Positions 1 through 12,600 of a DNA stretch of 61,924 bases are shown here, in pieces. This DNA is from Rhina ancylostomus (taxonomy: Eukaryota). The position numbers were made by a program, and so were the translations under genes. The stretch lies in contig JARFYF010000050.1 of NCBI GenBank assembly GCA_030265395.1, forward strand, positions 10,179,969 through 10,241,892, given 5' to 3'. Numbering within the stretch: the first letter of the stretch is position 1; every line of letters starts with the position of its first letter. The notes beneath the pieces were generated by a model. The model ran no database searches. It had not been told where the DNA came from and saw only the letters and a program-made list of their open reading frames with translations.

Positions 1-522
1 CCAACAGATTAGAATGAGTAGACAAAGAGACATAACCTACACACAATATTATTAAAGGCATTACATTGACTCCTGGGATTAATAAGCCTATCCTTTAAGG
101 GGAGGTTGAATATCATGGGTTTACAACTCCCTGGAGATCTCATTGAAACATGCAAGATTCTGAAAGGGTGGATGGTAAGAGACAAGTTTCTCTTTGCTGG
201 AAGGTCCGGAATTAAGAATAATCTCAGGTAAGGGGTCAGCTTCACAGGACTGGTGCATTGAGAAGTGTCTTCATTTGAAATATTGTGGATCTTCTAGCTT
301 GGAGGGTATAAAAGCTCCAAATTCAAATGTTTCTGGACCTTAACAGTATCCATGGGATTCGGTATCAGATGGAAAAGTGGAGATTGGGTAGAACATCAAC
401 CATAATCTTATTGAAGGTAGAGCAGACACAAGGTGCTGTTATGGTTCTCTTATCTTTTGACATTCTATACATGGTTCAATTTAATTAAACAAAAAGTTTT
501 AAGAATAAACAGAGCCTCTTAC

Positions 523-638
523 CTTTCCCATATCAAATTCTTCATCCCATTCATCAATGACACGTTCTTCTTTTGCATGTTTTACATCATTTATGGCATC
601 TTCACTGATAGCTGATGTTGCCCCTCCCCAAGTCAGCA
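523..638 (-). CDS. USP36: USP36 coding exon 18 (penultimate coding exon)
   Basis: Not in the ORF track. tag|(V)[38 protein letters not shown]|gtaaga; 116 nt; matches the USP36 C-terminal LTW...DDWDEEFDxGK motif. Confidence 0.93.
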
Positions 639-3600
639 CTACCAAAACAAAATGATGGGACAGAAGGATCATGATTCAAAATAATCATACTTAAAATTAT
701 ACTGATCGATAAAATGTCAGTGCTAAATACAGTAAATGTTAAATCCTGACTCTCAGTTCAGTGTCCTGCTTTTGTGCAGGGTTCTGCAAAATGAAAATGC
801 AAAACCTTAGTCTGTTGTGTTTTAAAAGGGCTGGGTTCAGACAGCACAAAGCAAGGTGATGCTAATCTGGTTGATCAAAGCCATTGAGTTTACATAATCC
901 GAGCCTCAAAATAAGGCCAAGTTTTGCAAAGTTTCTTCAAGAGACGTAAATATATTCCAACATCATGAGCAACTGTTCTTCACTGAAAATAGGAAAAACA
1001 CTTCAGGTGAATTATAGTTCAGCTTAGTCAGGTCATCACAAGGGAAATAAAATTTGCCTCAAGCCTCTGCTCTGTTAGTTTGGAGGAGTGTATCAGTTTG
1101 GGAGAAGATAATAACAATTACTTGTGCATGGCTTGTTAAGAGAAGGCCGAAACGTACGTGGAATAATTAAACAACGGGGAGTCGATGGCCAGTTGTTGGA
1201 TGGAGAGAGGTTGTAAAAGGCAAAAACCAAAGCCGATCCCTGGGTCATAGCTGGGATAAAGATCCCTCAACAGGAGACTTGTAAGAACCACCAAATTACA
1301 ATACTGAAGAACACTGCACTTTGTTTTATTGAGTCATCAACATATTCCATTATTTACAATATTATCATGAGAAAAGACTACAAACACAGTAAATTTAAAT
1401 GTAGTCTATGTTACTTCTCTACCTTCCGTTCCATAAGCTTTATTGCTTGAATGTTTCAAGAGCTCTTCAATTACAGTGGATCCCTTCTTCTCATCACAGG
1501 CCAAGCTGGTAATGGGCTCTGCAGCCTGATCCTCAGAGTAATTCTGTGAGCATTTATAGCCAGTTTTGATCTGGCTGTCCCATAAAATAACTGGAACTGA
1601 AACACAGCAGCATATTACTGACAAACAATTGACCAATCATTACTCTGTTCCATTGTAAGATCATTTGATTTGTGCCCATAGCCACAACTTTAGTTTGCAC
1701 AAGTCCATGACCAGACAAGTTCTTTAACAAAGATAAACTTTGCCAGAAACTATTAGCCCTACAATTATGATTCAGTCATCTGGATTAGTGACAAAGAAGT
1801 CTCAGTCCTGCCCATGAACGATACCTGTAATTGCTTGCAAGCTCACAAGACAAAATTCACAAGCAAGGTGCCAAACAATAATAAGTAAAGACATTTTTCT
1901 TTCTTAAAAAAATAGGGTGATTTGGAAGGAAGCAGAGAAACAGCAATAACAATTCATACACAATTAATTTCTGACCTAAGACCACCTACCAACCCCACTA
2001 CCCTTCCCCACTCTCCACCAGGTTCTTGAACCAGCCTGAGAAACACTAATTCTACCTCAGACAATATTAACCTCAACTTGCACTAACATCAGTTATGTTC
2101 ATTTTAGCTTTTTTTTGTATCGCAAGTTATGTACAATTTATGTTAATTTAAGTTTATGTAATTTATGTTTGTCATGTTTGTAACATACTATGCTAATTTT
2201 CATGGCATTTATACCCTGGCTATGTAACCCCATGACAATAAACTCGTACTATACGAGTACAAAAGTCTGCACTGATCTCTGACCTGCAGAGATGTGGCAT
2301 GAAGACACTCATGGACAAAGAATCCTCCTTTTTAATAGGTCAAAGGTGTTTTGAATGGTAGGAGATTCAGTTAATGAGACCCAAAATCCACAAAGATCTA
2401 TTTGCAATGGATAGTGCAAACATGTTTCACCAATAGTCTATTTGGAAACCTGCACCAAAGGCAAAAGACATTCAAGATGTAATGATCCCAGAGAGCTTGG
2501 TCTATTGCAAGAAACTAGATCATGATGTCAACTGTTGCTGGAGAAATCAAATACAGATCAATGAAGGATTGATGCTTGGCATGAGAGTTGTCTTACGAGG
2601 AAAGGCACTAGAATTGGCCCTTACACAATGGCATTTAGTAGAATGAAAAATGAGCTGAGGGGGCCTGACTGTGTAGATGTTCAAAGACTGGTTCCTACAA
2701 CAGAGGAGGTAAGACGGAGAATACATGCTGATGGAACACAGTTGTAAAACACAGTGCAAGGGATAGATTTCAAGTTCCTTCACCAAACTATTTCAAAAGG
2801 ACAACCAGTAATGTTCCTGGCTGAACCAGTCAATTGTGACAGGTGACTTTCATTGCAAATATGCTACCAGGAAAAGTGTAATGAACAAGAAACAGCAATG
2901 TAGAAAACAGAGTCTAAGATACCAACGTAGCTGGCAAGAATTTTCAGAAGTTTAAATTTTGCATTTTTCAGGGGGTAGAGAAGCCCTAAGTCCCACACCA
3001 CCAGATTCAAGAACAGCCACCTCCCTTCAACCACGTGGTTCTTGAATGAACCGGCACAACCCTAATCACTACAGTTTAGCAACACTATAACCACTTTGAT
3101 CACTTTGCACTACAATGGACTTCATTTCTTTTTGTTCTAATTGTGTTCTTTCTTGCAAAAATTCTGTTTAATTTGTATTTATGTTTTTGTTGTGAATGCT
3201 GCCTATCTAATGCTATGTGCCTGTGATGCTGATGCAGTAAAGTTTTTCATTACACCTGTGCATACACGTACTTGTGCATATGACAATAAGCTTGACTTTG
3301 AAGTGTTCATTTTGAGAGAAAATTTTTAAAATTTAGAAGTACAAACAAGTAACCTACCTGGTTGACCTCCACTTTTGCTTTTAGTAGGCTGATCTATTGG
3401 AGGTTCCGAACATTCATCCAAACTCAAGCTTCTCTTTCGTTTCCTGCGCTTTTTCTCACCCTTTTTGTCCTCTTTTCCCTCATGGTTTTTCTTTCTTGGT
3501 TCAAATTCTTCAGTCATTTCCAGTTCCTCTCCATCCTGTAGTTCATCCCGCATTGAATAACTACAATAAAAGAGATTAACACCAAGTCTTGTTTTACATT

Positions 3601-6600
3601 TAAAATGAACAGATATTTAAAACACAGCTTGTTTAAAAACTTGCAGAATAAGTGTTACAGGAAAACCCCTTGTGAAGGCCCACTGGGGTAGAAACTGGAT
3701 CTTGGCCACTTTTGCTAACTGCATGATATAGTTGAGGTCTTCCCTTAAATACCTCTTTCAAAGTTTTGTTCCATTGAAGCTAATAGAGTTGAATTTCAGG
3801 AACAGAGTAAATGATACAACTACTAGCATATTTAGTACAAGCAACCAAGACAACTTTCTACCCCGGTGAGGTTCACTGATGAAGATTTCATCATGTTGAT
3901 TATCAATCATTACAATCTCAAGGTTTTCTACAAGTCATACTTTTCAGGGTCCCTGAAGTTCTGTGAACCTCTGCAGTACATTGTGGTGAGGCTTAAACCA
4001 AGTTATGTGATCCAAAGCTTGTAGTGTGTTTTCAGCTATCGGGTTGGGATGGTGGATCCACAGTGGGATCCACTGCCCTTGGATTCTGGACAGGAGTTAC
4101 TGTCATTCACGATCACTATATCTTGAAAAAAAATCACTAATCTGCATTCTGACAGGGGATCTGAACTTTGGCATGTAAAATTCCACAGACCTTTGATTCA
4201 CCTTATACGATTACAAATAAACACATATCTAGATGAATCACTTGAAAGGTGTTGCTCACTTTCCTGTCACTTGGCAGCCAATGTCATTTTCTAACTTTGT
4301 GACATAATTGGATTGGTTTGCCATTTCTCTCTTCTGGGGAGGAGGTACAGGAGTCTGAAGACCCACACTCAACAATTCAGAAAGAGATTCTTCGCCTCTG
4401 CCATCAGATTTCTGAACGGTCCACGAACACTACCTCATTGATCCTTTTTTGCATGATCTATTTTTGTAATTTATAGTAATTTGTATGTCTTTGCATTAAA
4501 CTGCTGCCACAAAAACAACAAATTTCATGTCATCTAAGTCAGTGATAATAAATGGGATTCTGATTCTGGAGAAAATACTTGTCCAAATCTCTTAAGCACT
4601 GGAATAAGAGTTCTCTGTCATTACTGCAAGTGATAGAACCACAATAAATGGTGGATGGTCACCAGTTAAAGAATTACCGTAACGGTAGGAGGCAGATTTT
4701 AGTCAACACGATGAAGATGAAGAAGAAATATCATCAAACCTGGACTCCTCTGCTTTTGAGAATTTCTGAGGAGAAAAAAAAATGGCAAACCAACCCAATT
4801 ATGTCACAAAGGTAGAAAATGACATTGGCTGGCAAGTGACGGGAAAGTGAGCAACCCATTTCAAGTGAATCATCTAGATACACGCTTTAGGATCAACAGA
4901 ACTAAATGTGATAAAGAAAACAAGCTTGAATGATGTACACAGTCTCTAAAATTTAGTCCATTTGCCTTCAGTGAAGCAGAATTTTCAGATTGTGTAATCT
5001 ACACTTGTAACTACATTGTTGTTTAGCCCGGACATATTGAAGAATTCTCCCTCCATTGAGAAATGCAACTCAAATCCGAGACTAAGATAGTTCAAAAATT
5101 ATTTGGGTCCAGGAGAAAATGTCTGAACACAGCAAGAACAGATTTGGTCACTCCAGGCACATATTTAAACTGTGGGGCAACAGAAAGCAGTCATTTCATG
5201 TCAGAGGTTGTAAGTGAGAATGCTGAATGAGAGTATTCCAGGAGTTGAAAGCAGTCAAACACAGGCTGAGAAAAAAAATAATTCAGGGAAATTAATAGAT
5301 TATAGCACCCCATCAAATAACACAAAATAACTTGACCAATCACAATTACGCACTTTTCTTCAGCAGTGTCGGCAAGGTAGTTTTCTTCAGATACTTCTGC
5401 ACACTTCTTGTGCTTCTTTTTTTTCTTAACTTTCATTAGGGTCAGTCCTCCCAAACTGTTGTTCTCTTTCTGCAATACATTAGCCTGCTTTAGTAATTAT
5501 TTCACGGAATCATTTTAAACTCTGCACATTGCCTAAACACCCTTAATGTTATGGTCAAGAAACAAGTGTTATGAACATGACAGACTTTACTAATGCATTC
5601 ATCTTTCTAGTTACAGCTTAAAATCTTGTTATTTTGATAATTTTCTTTTTAAAAAAGCATTCATTCAATCCACTTTCAAATATAGCACACAAAATTCAAA
5701 AAGGCACTATTTAAATTATTGTAAGAATCTGTATAGGATTGTGGTTGGCAGCAGTGAGGCAAGGAACTAGCAAATGTGCCCGTTCTAAGTTACATTCATC
5801 TTAAACAGGTAACCTGAGACTGCACATTTAACAACTGGCACAGGGGTCAATAAATGTTGAAACTGACTAGCAACTTACTCATTACTCTGGCTCACCTTAC
5901 GGAGGAAGGGTTAACCAGTTTAGAAGTGCCAAGTATACATGAAAAATAGTGTGCTTTCTTCAAAGATGATGCAGTCCCATCATTAAAAATACAAATAGGA
6001 ACTTCTCGTTTTATTCCTTTAGTATTGCTGAAATTAATAATGCACTGACACATCTGTGCAATAACTTACTTGCAGTTGGTCACAAGCACCACCATGCTCC
6101 TCTGTCCTGTGTTGCTTTTCCTTGCCTTTATGTTTGCTGTGAGTCTTGGCAGCTTCATCACAATTTGTCTGGACGGATGATTCAGAATCAAAAGAAATCG
6201 CATCCCTTTTCAAAGCGGATTTATGTTTTCTCTTTTTTCTTTTACTACTGTTATATGGGTCCATGGGGTTGGCAATGCTAAGTCTGTGTGGCTTATTTGC
6301 CAAGTCAGTCTTGGAATTACACATTTTACCAGTACTTTTACTGGATAAACTATTCTTTTCCAATGAGGTAGCACTGCCATCAACTGGAGGAGAACAGGGC
6401 AGCCCAGTTGCTTCCATGGCTTTTGATGACTGTAGCTGCGACTCAGAGTAACTAGAACTACATGACTTCTTAGAGATTTTAGATGAAGAACAAAATCTTG
6501 TTTGTTGGGAAATCTGCATTTTTGGAGTAGGTGGGAAAGTCCTAAAAATGAAAAAAAAAGCATTTTGGAAACCAATTTGTAACCAATTTCCAAGAACACA

Positions 6601-9600
6601 AGAAATATGGTACAGAGATAGGAGCCACACTCAACCTCTTAACCACCTACTCCACCATTCAACTGTAAAATTACCTTCAATATATGCCAATCTCATTGAA
6701 CCTCACCACTGGAATACCCCCTTATCCTTGCAGTCAGTTGAGTGAATCTCTTCTTAGGCTGTCTCTCAGAATCTTGGAAGACTTCTGCTCTTACTTTGAG
6801 GGTTCTGAGATCACTAATGTGGGAGCCACAAGGTCTTCCACAGATGGGGTAAGAGAGTGGGTAGTTGGTACCCTCCTTTCTTCATTTACACAGGGTTTCC
6901 GAGTGTTCCTGATACATGGACTTGAGGTTCCCAATGTCAACTTAAAATGCACCTTCTCCACTTTGGGCAGTAATGGGTCGGGGATACTCAGGAGCCAGTA
7001 GGGACGTTACACTTTTTCAATGTGTTAAGCAGATCCTTGAATCTTTTCCTCTATCCACCTGGGAATCTTTTCTGAAAATGTGCTCTTTCACAGGACTTCT
7101 GGTATTGGGCAAATGGACAATGTGACCTGCCTGAAGTAACTGACCAAGTGCAACCAGGACCTTGATGCTGGCCTGGAAGAAGACATAGACACTGGTTTGT
7201 TTATTCTTCCAATGAACTAGGAGGATTTTGTGGTATCTTTCAAGTGCCTTGAGGTGCTTACTCTACCTAGGCCAGGTTTCAAAAACATCAGGAGGGCAGG
7301 AAGCACTGCCACCTAGTAGACCATGCATTTTGTGTGGGATCTGAGTTCTTCATCTTCAAAGAAACTTTTCCTCAATCAACTGAAAGAAGTGCTGGTACAT
7401 TGAAGACAGTGGTGAATTTTATCATCAGTGCCTGTCTTTGCCAAGAGGTGACTTCCAATGTATCTGAGGTGGTCCACATTTTCCAGGTTCCTGCTATGAA
7501 TCTTTATTACTGGAATCAGTGAATGACAACTGCAGAGACTCCAAGACAAGTGTATAGTTTTTTAGCATGAAATGTTTTCTAAACCACATCCCACTTAATA
7601 TCTGAAGAATCAAAAGCCCTGATGAACTTCAATAAATCACTCCTTCCATTCACCTTTGCACACACAAAAAAACATTTTCAGTTCTCTCCCAAATGGAAAG
7701 ACTAAGAACTCAAGCAAAATCTATTTGCAGTGCATGACCACATCAAAATAAAGTTTCCATGTTTTTCCATTCCAGAAGTGAAACTGTAAGTTCATTTTCT
7801 GTTCATCAATTTTGCACATCAAGTATACATGAAAATATTTTACATAATGCGTAAAAAAAAATGCCAGATTTCAAAGGTTCACAGGCTTAAAACTAGAGTT
7901 AGACAAAACAGTGCAAACTTAACTGGCCACCTAAAATATTTATTGCATCAAGTATGGTTAAATCAAGTACATGTACTTCTGCTACATGTTTCTAAGAAAC
8001 CTCACATTATAGAAAGTCACATTGTAGCAGGACAGGCTGTACCTGCCTTCAAAACACAGACTTAAACAGGTTTTCCCAATCGCAAAATAACCAGTGTGGC
8101 CCGTGTAATGCAATTGGTGTTCCCTAATCCATCAATCATGTTATAACCAATTTGCATTGTAGCAGAACTACCTGTATGTTTTAGCCATACCTCATGTTTG
8201 ATACAGTCCATGAACCTAGTAGTGGATGCACTATTACTTCAGTGTGTAAAATAAATTGTTGATGAAGCCTAAAAATATTAAATCACAAATGACTCTCAAA
8301 GCTCTTAAAAACAGGCTTTCAATTCTCACTATTCCTGAACACTTGTACAGATTTTGCACAGAAATTGCCTTTATTTTATTATAACATAAAATTCTCCGGA
8401 GCTACCTCCAGCTATTCACTTGCTTGGCCAACTCTGAGGTTGCCCACTGGAAACAAGAGGACAATTTTTCCCAAATGTTATACTAATGACAAAGATATGT
8501 CACATGACACAATATACAATGCAGAGCACAGAGGATTGCTATTACCTCTGGGCAGTGGAAAGGTCCATGAAAATTAAACTAACCCAAAAGACTTTGAGCC
8601 CTTAATATAGCAGCAGCCCAGTCTGCCTGTCTGCATTGTAATAGGTCTCTGAAGACCTCTTTATAACTGAGGTGGGTTAAACTGAATTAATTAGACAATT
8701 AAGTAGTCGAGTGGTAACCAGTATCTATTGAAAGCTTTCAGCTGCTTTGTCCAGCTTGTGCAATTTCATCATGATAGATTCAGTTCATAAGCAGCACATT
8801 CCTCTTACCGAGTTTTGTTTGCAGAAGNNNNNNNNNNNNNNNNNNNNNNNNNNNNNNNNNNNNNNNNNNNNNNNNNNNNNNNNNNNNNNNNNNNNNNNNN
8901 NNNNNNNNNNNNNNNNNNNNNNNNNNNNNNNNNNNNNNNNNNNNNNNNNNNTGGTGGTCTAAAAAGTATCCATGAATGAAGAAAACATAAAAGAGGGTAT
9001 GGCAAAGAAGAATCAGAAAGTTTTCATGGTTAGACAGCTAGGGAAACAAAGTAGGAAAACAACAGACAAGAAAGTGTTAAAACAATTACTATTCATCAGT
9101 TCAGAAAGATTTGTAGTTTTAAATCGTTAATGTTGGAGCAAAAAGAAAATTAGAAGGATCAAAATTAAAGTATACTGATGTCACGAGTTTTATAACATCT
9201 GTCTTATGTTTATAACTGGATGGAACTATTCACATACAAGCTCATGTAAAAGCACAAAAGCTGTTATCAATGCAGGTAACTGTTAACTGCTCTGGAATGA
9301 AAAGATAAGCCATAAATTGCTGTAATCACAGAGTCCCCTTTATGGAATCTTGCTTGTCATGTTTGTAAAAGAGTAACTATTTTAAAAAGGTAGTAAAATA
9401 AAGAGGCAAATACAATATATTTAATTACTCTAAAATCTTGAATTTGTTTCCATAAAACATGACTGCAAGCAACATGAAATGGAGAAAGCTCTCAGATGAA
9501 CCAGTGCACAATTTTGGTCAGGTGCACAAGTCACCATTAGCCCTAGGTAGATCAGAAGAACTAGAATTCATTCTCTGCCATTTCTTGATAGAAATGATCC

Positions 9601-12600
9601 AAGATTGGAGGATGACAGCCAGTGATAAGCAGGGAGAAGAGTTAAAGGTGCAGAGCTCCCACTCTTGTTCACCATCCATTAAGCAGCACCAGAAGGATGC
9701 AACTTTTGATTCTAAGCAAGACCAGGACTGGCTGACTCTGATGGTTAGATAATCCATTGGGTGGGCAAGCTACTGAAGAGTTCATTGTGCCTATGCACCA
9801 AGCACATTCATTCTTTTAGAGAGGAGTGTATTGGTATATTATTGTCACTTGTACCGAGGTACAGTGAAAAGCTTGTCTTACAATCCGATCGTACAGGTCA
9901 ATTCAATACACAATGAATGGGGAATTGCAGTGGAGGAATGTGAAAATAATCAATAAATATGTAATTTATTTGTTTATACATTCATCTATATACGCACACA
10001 CACACATAAAATATAAAATGGTCATGAATGAAAAATTTATGTGATTAAACGAGTTATCTGGCAACAGTAAACAATTGTCTCAACTGTTGAGTGTTAAGGG
10101 AAATTTAAAGCACATGCAGTAGGCCTTTCAGTTTTTGTCTATAGACAAGCAAATAAAAACAAAATCATAGCAAGACAGTTTCATTTTGAACAGGTGCCAG
10201 TACATTTTGCATATATTATGTACTCATGTTCCCTCCATCAGTGGAAACCATCCATTTTATCTGCTATCCCAATGAAACAAAAATTGCTTATTTCTTTTAT
10301 AAGAACTGAAGTCAACTGCTGCAGAAGATCTTCTAAAAATAAATTCCAATAGGAGTTATGGGTTAAATGCCGGGTTCCAGTCTGGTAGAATTATACAGAA
10401 ATTACAAAATGAAAGCAGTTTTTGGTAGTTGTTTGCTCTTCACACACAGTTGTTCTAATTCCTCACAGCTCTTCCTTCCTTCTCCGTCAACCATTTATCT
10501 AACAGATTATACATGTATTGTGAACTGTCGCAGAGCAACCTCTGCATAGAAATGCTTCCACTGCTCTCTGGCCTAAATCTAATGTTCAATTGTGCACTCA
10601 CATTCCCTCAAATCACTGGAAACTGCCCACTCTAACTGCTAACCCAACACTATAAAGATGTATGGCTATATAAATCAGAGATGACCATTGATAACCAGGA
10701 TTTCAAAATCTAGCTTTGGCCACAGCAGGTAACACCTTGAAGTTAAAGATATGGCCCTCACAATTTGTTTTGTTTTTGCTTCTGTTTCTGAAGAAGGCAA
10801 TTTTAAAACCACAAATGGGGTGCACATTGTCCAAATATGAAACTGGTAATACAATACAGTACTTGGGTACAGCAGCGTGGTGGTTCTGCCAGTGGACGAA
10901 TGAGCTAATGGCTCCAATCCCATCAGGACATTTGCAGAATTTATATTTAGGTATTTAAATACCCAGTTTAAAAAAATCCTAGTCTCAGTAAACATGTCTC
11001 CAAAACTGTTAAAATGTCATTAAAACCTCTCAGGTTAATGAAAGTGAACTTCCTATTTAGAGAAGGAAATCTGTCATCCATTCACAATCCAGCCCATATC
11101 ATTGCTCGACCATGGCAATTTAGGCAGCTGTCCTTTGAGAACTAGCAAGCCACTCAATTGTTTCCAAACTATTGCAAAAAACAAGAAAATAACAATCCAA
11201 TGGTTTCCCATTATCGATCAAGGCAACAAGTTCATCACAGACACACAGCCAGTCCAATTGATCAGACAGATCTTCTTCACGCACTTGAAGTGAATTGGGA
11301 GGGTTATCAATAAATTGTCAAGGAACAGGCTAACAATCAGAATTTTCTAAAAGAATTATTTGGCCAAATTCTTAATTCCATCAGCATTCGATTGGTAATT
11401 CAGATACACCACAGATGACTGCATGGTAGCAAACAACTGGGAGAAAGCCATTCAGGAATGCTCAGTGAATGAAACCTGCTGGGTACTAAGCTCCTTTGAC
11501 TAATGAATCAGTGCACCTCCATGTCGAACACCATTTTGAAGCAGCACATGGTGAATGCACCAAGTGCTCTTTATGTGAGCAACTTCAATATCCATCGCCA
11601 AAAGTGTTCTGCAAGTTTCACTGAGTGAGCTGGAAGAGTCCTTAAGGCCAGGACTGCTAGAATGCATCAGGGGCAAGAGAACCAACAAGTATGAAAAATC
11701 TACTGGACCTCATCCTCACTTGTCTACCTGCCATGAATGCATTTATTCTCAACAAATTTGATAGAAGTGAATACCTCCTTCACTGTTATTTAGCACTACA
11801 AAAACATATTTGACTACAAACAGTGAGCCCATGGAGATACAAGAGACTGCAGATGGTGGAATTTGGAGCAACAAACAAACAATCTACTGGAGGAACTCAG
11901 CAGGTTGAGCAGCACCTGTACGGAGGAAAGGAATTGTTGACATTTCATGTCTGATGCAGGGTTTCAACCAGAAACACTGACAATTCCTTTCTCCCCACAG
12001 ATGCTGCTTGACACGCTAATTTCCTCCAGCAGATCATGTGAGAATTCATTGCCATGCATATCCCTCACTTTATGTTAACCATCAAAACAAGATACCAACT
12101 GGTTCAATGAGAAGCCTTGAAGAACGTGCTTCCAGGAGAAACACTACACATCTAAGCATGAAGTACCAACCTGCAGAAACTGAACCAGGTCACATGCATA
12201 ATGAACCCCCAAAGCAACATGCAAAAGACAGCTGAAGAGTTCTAGCATCAACCGATCGATCAGCATTCCTGTCACATCTTGTCATTAATGGCAGTGGACA
12301 AGTATGGAACTAACAAGAAATGGCAGATTCTCCACAAACATCCAATCACCTCTATCTAAACTGTTCCAGCACAGTTGCAATACAAGCATGTATCCAGCAT
12401 GTGGAAAACTGCTTCAGTATGTCCCGTTCTACAGAGAAGAACAAAACCAATTCAGCCAATTACTAACCCAGTCTGCTCACAATCATCAGTCAAAAGGTGG
12501 GAAGTATTGTCAGAAGTCCTATCAAGCAGCAGGAACATCGAATTCTCAAACTTCCAGTAACTGCTCCTCCTGTCCCTTTTCACTCTCCTCCTGATCCACC

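Noticed and set aside
6146-6451. Plus-strand ORFs antisense to USP36 exons (also 17147-17784 and 21351-21626)
   Set aside because: Shadow frames of real exons with no independent splice or homology support.
8406-8446. 41-nt phase-compatible candidate for the missing exon ([13 protein letters not shown])
   Set aside because: Weak donor (gtagct); the gap-spanning exon 8809-8958 has better splice sites.
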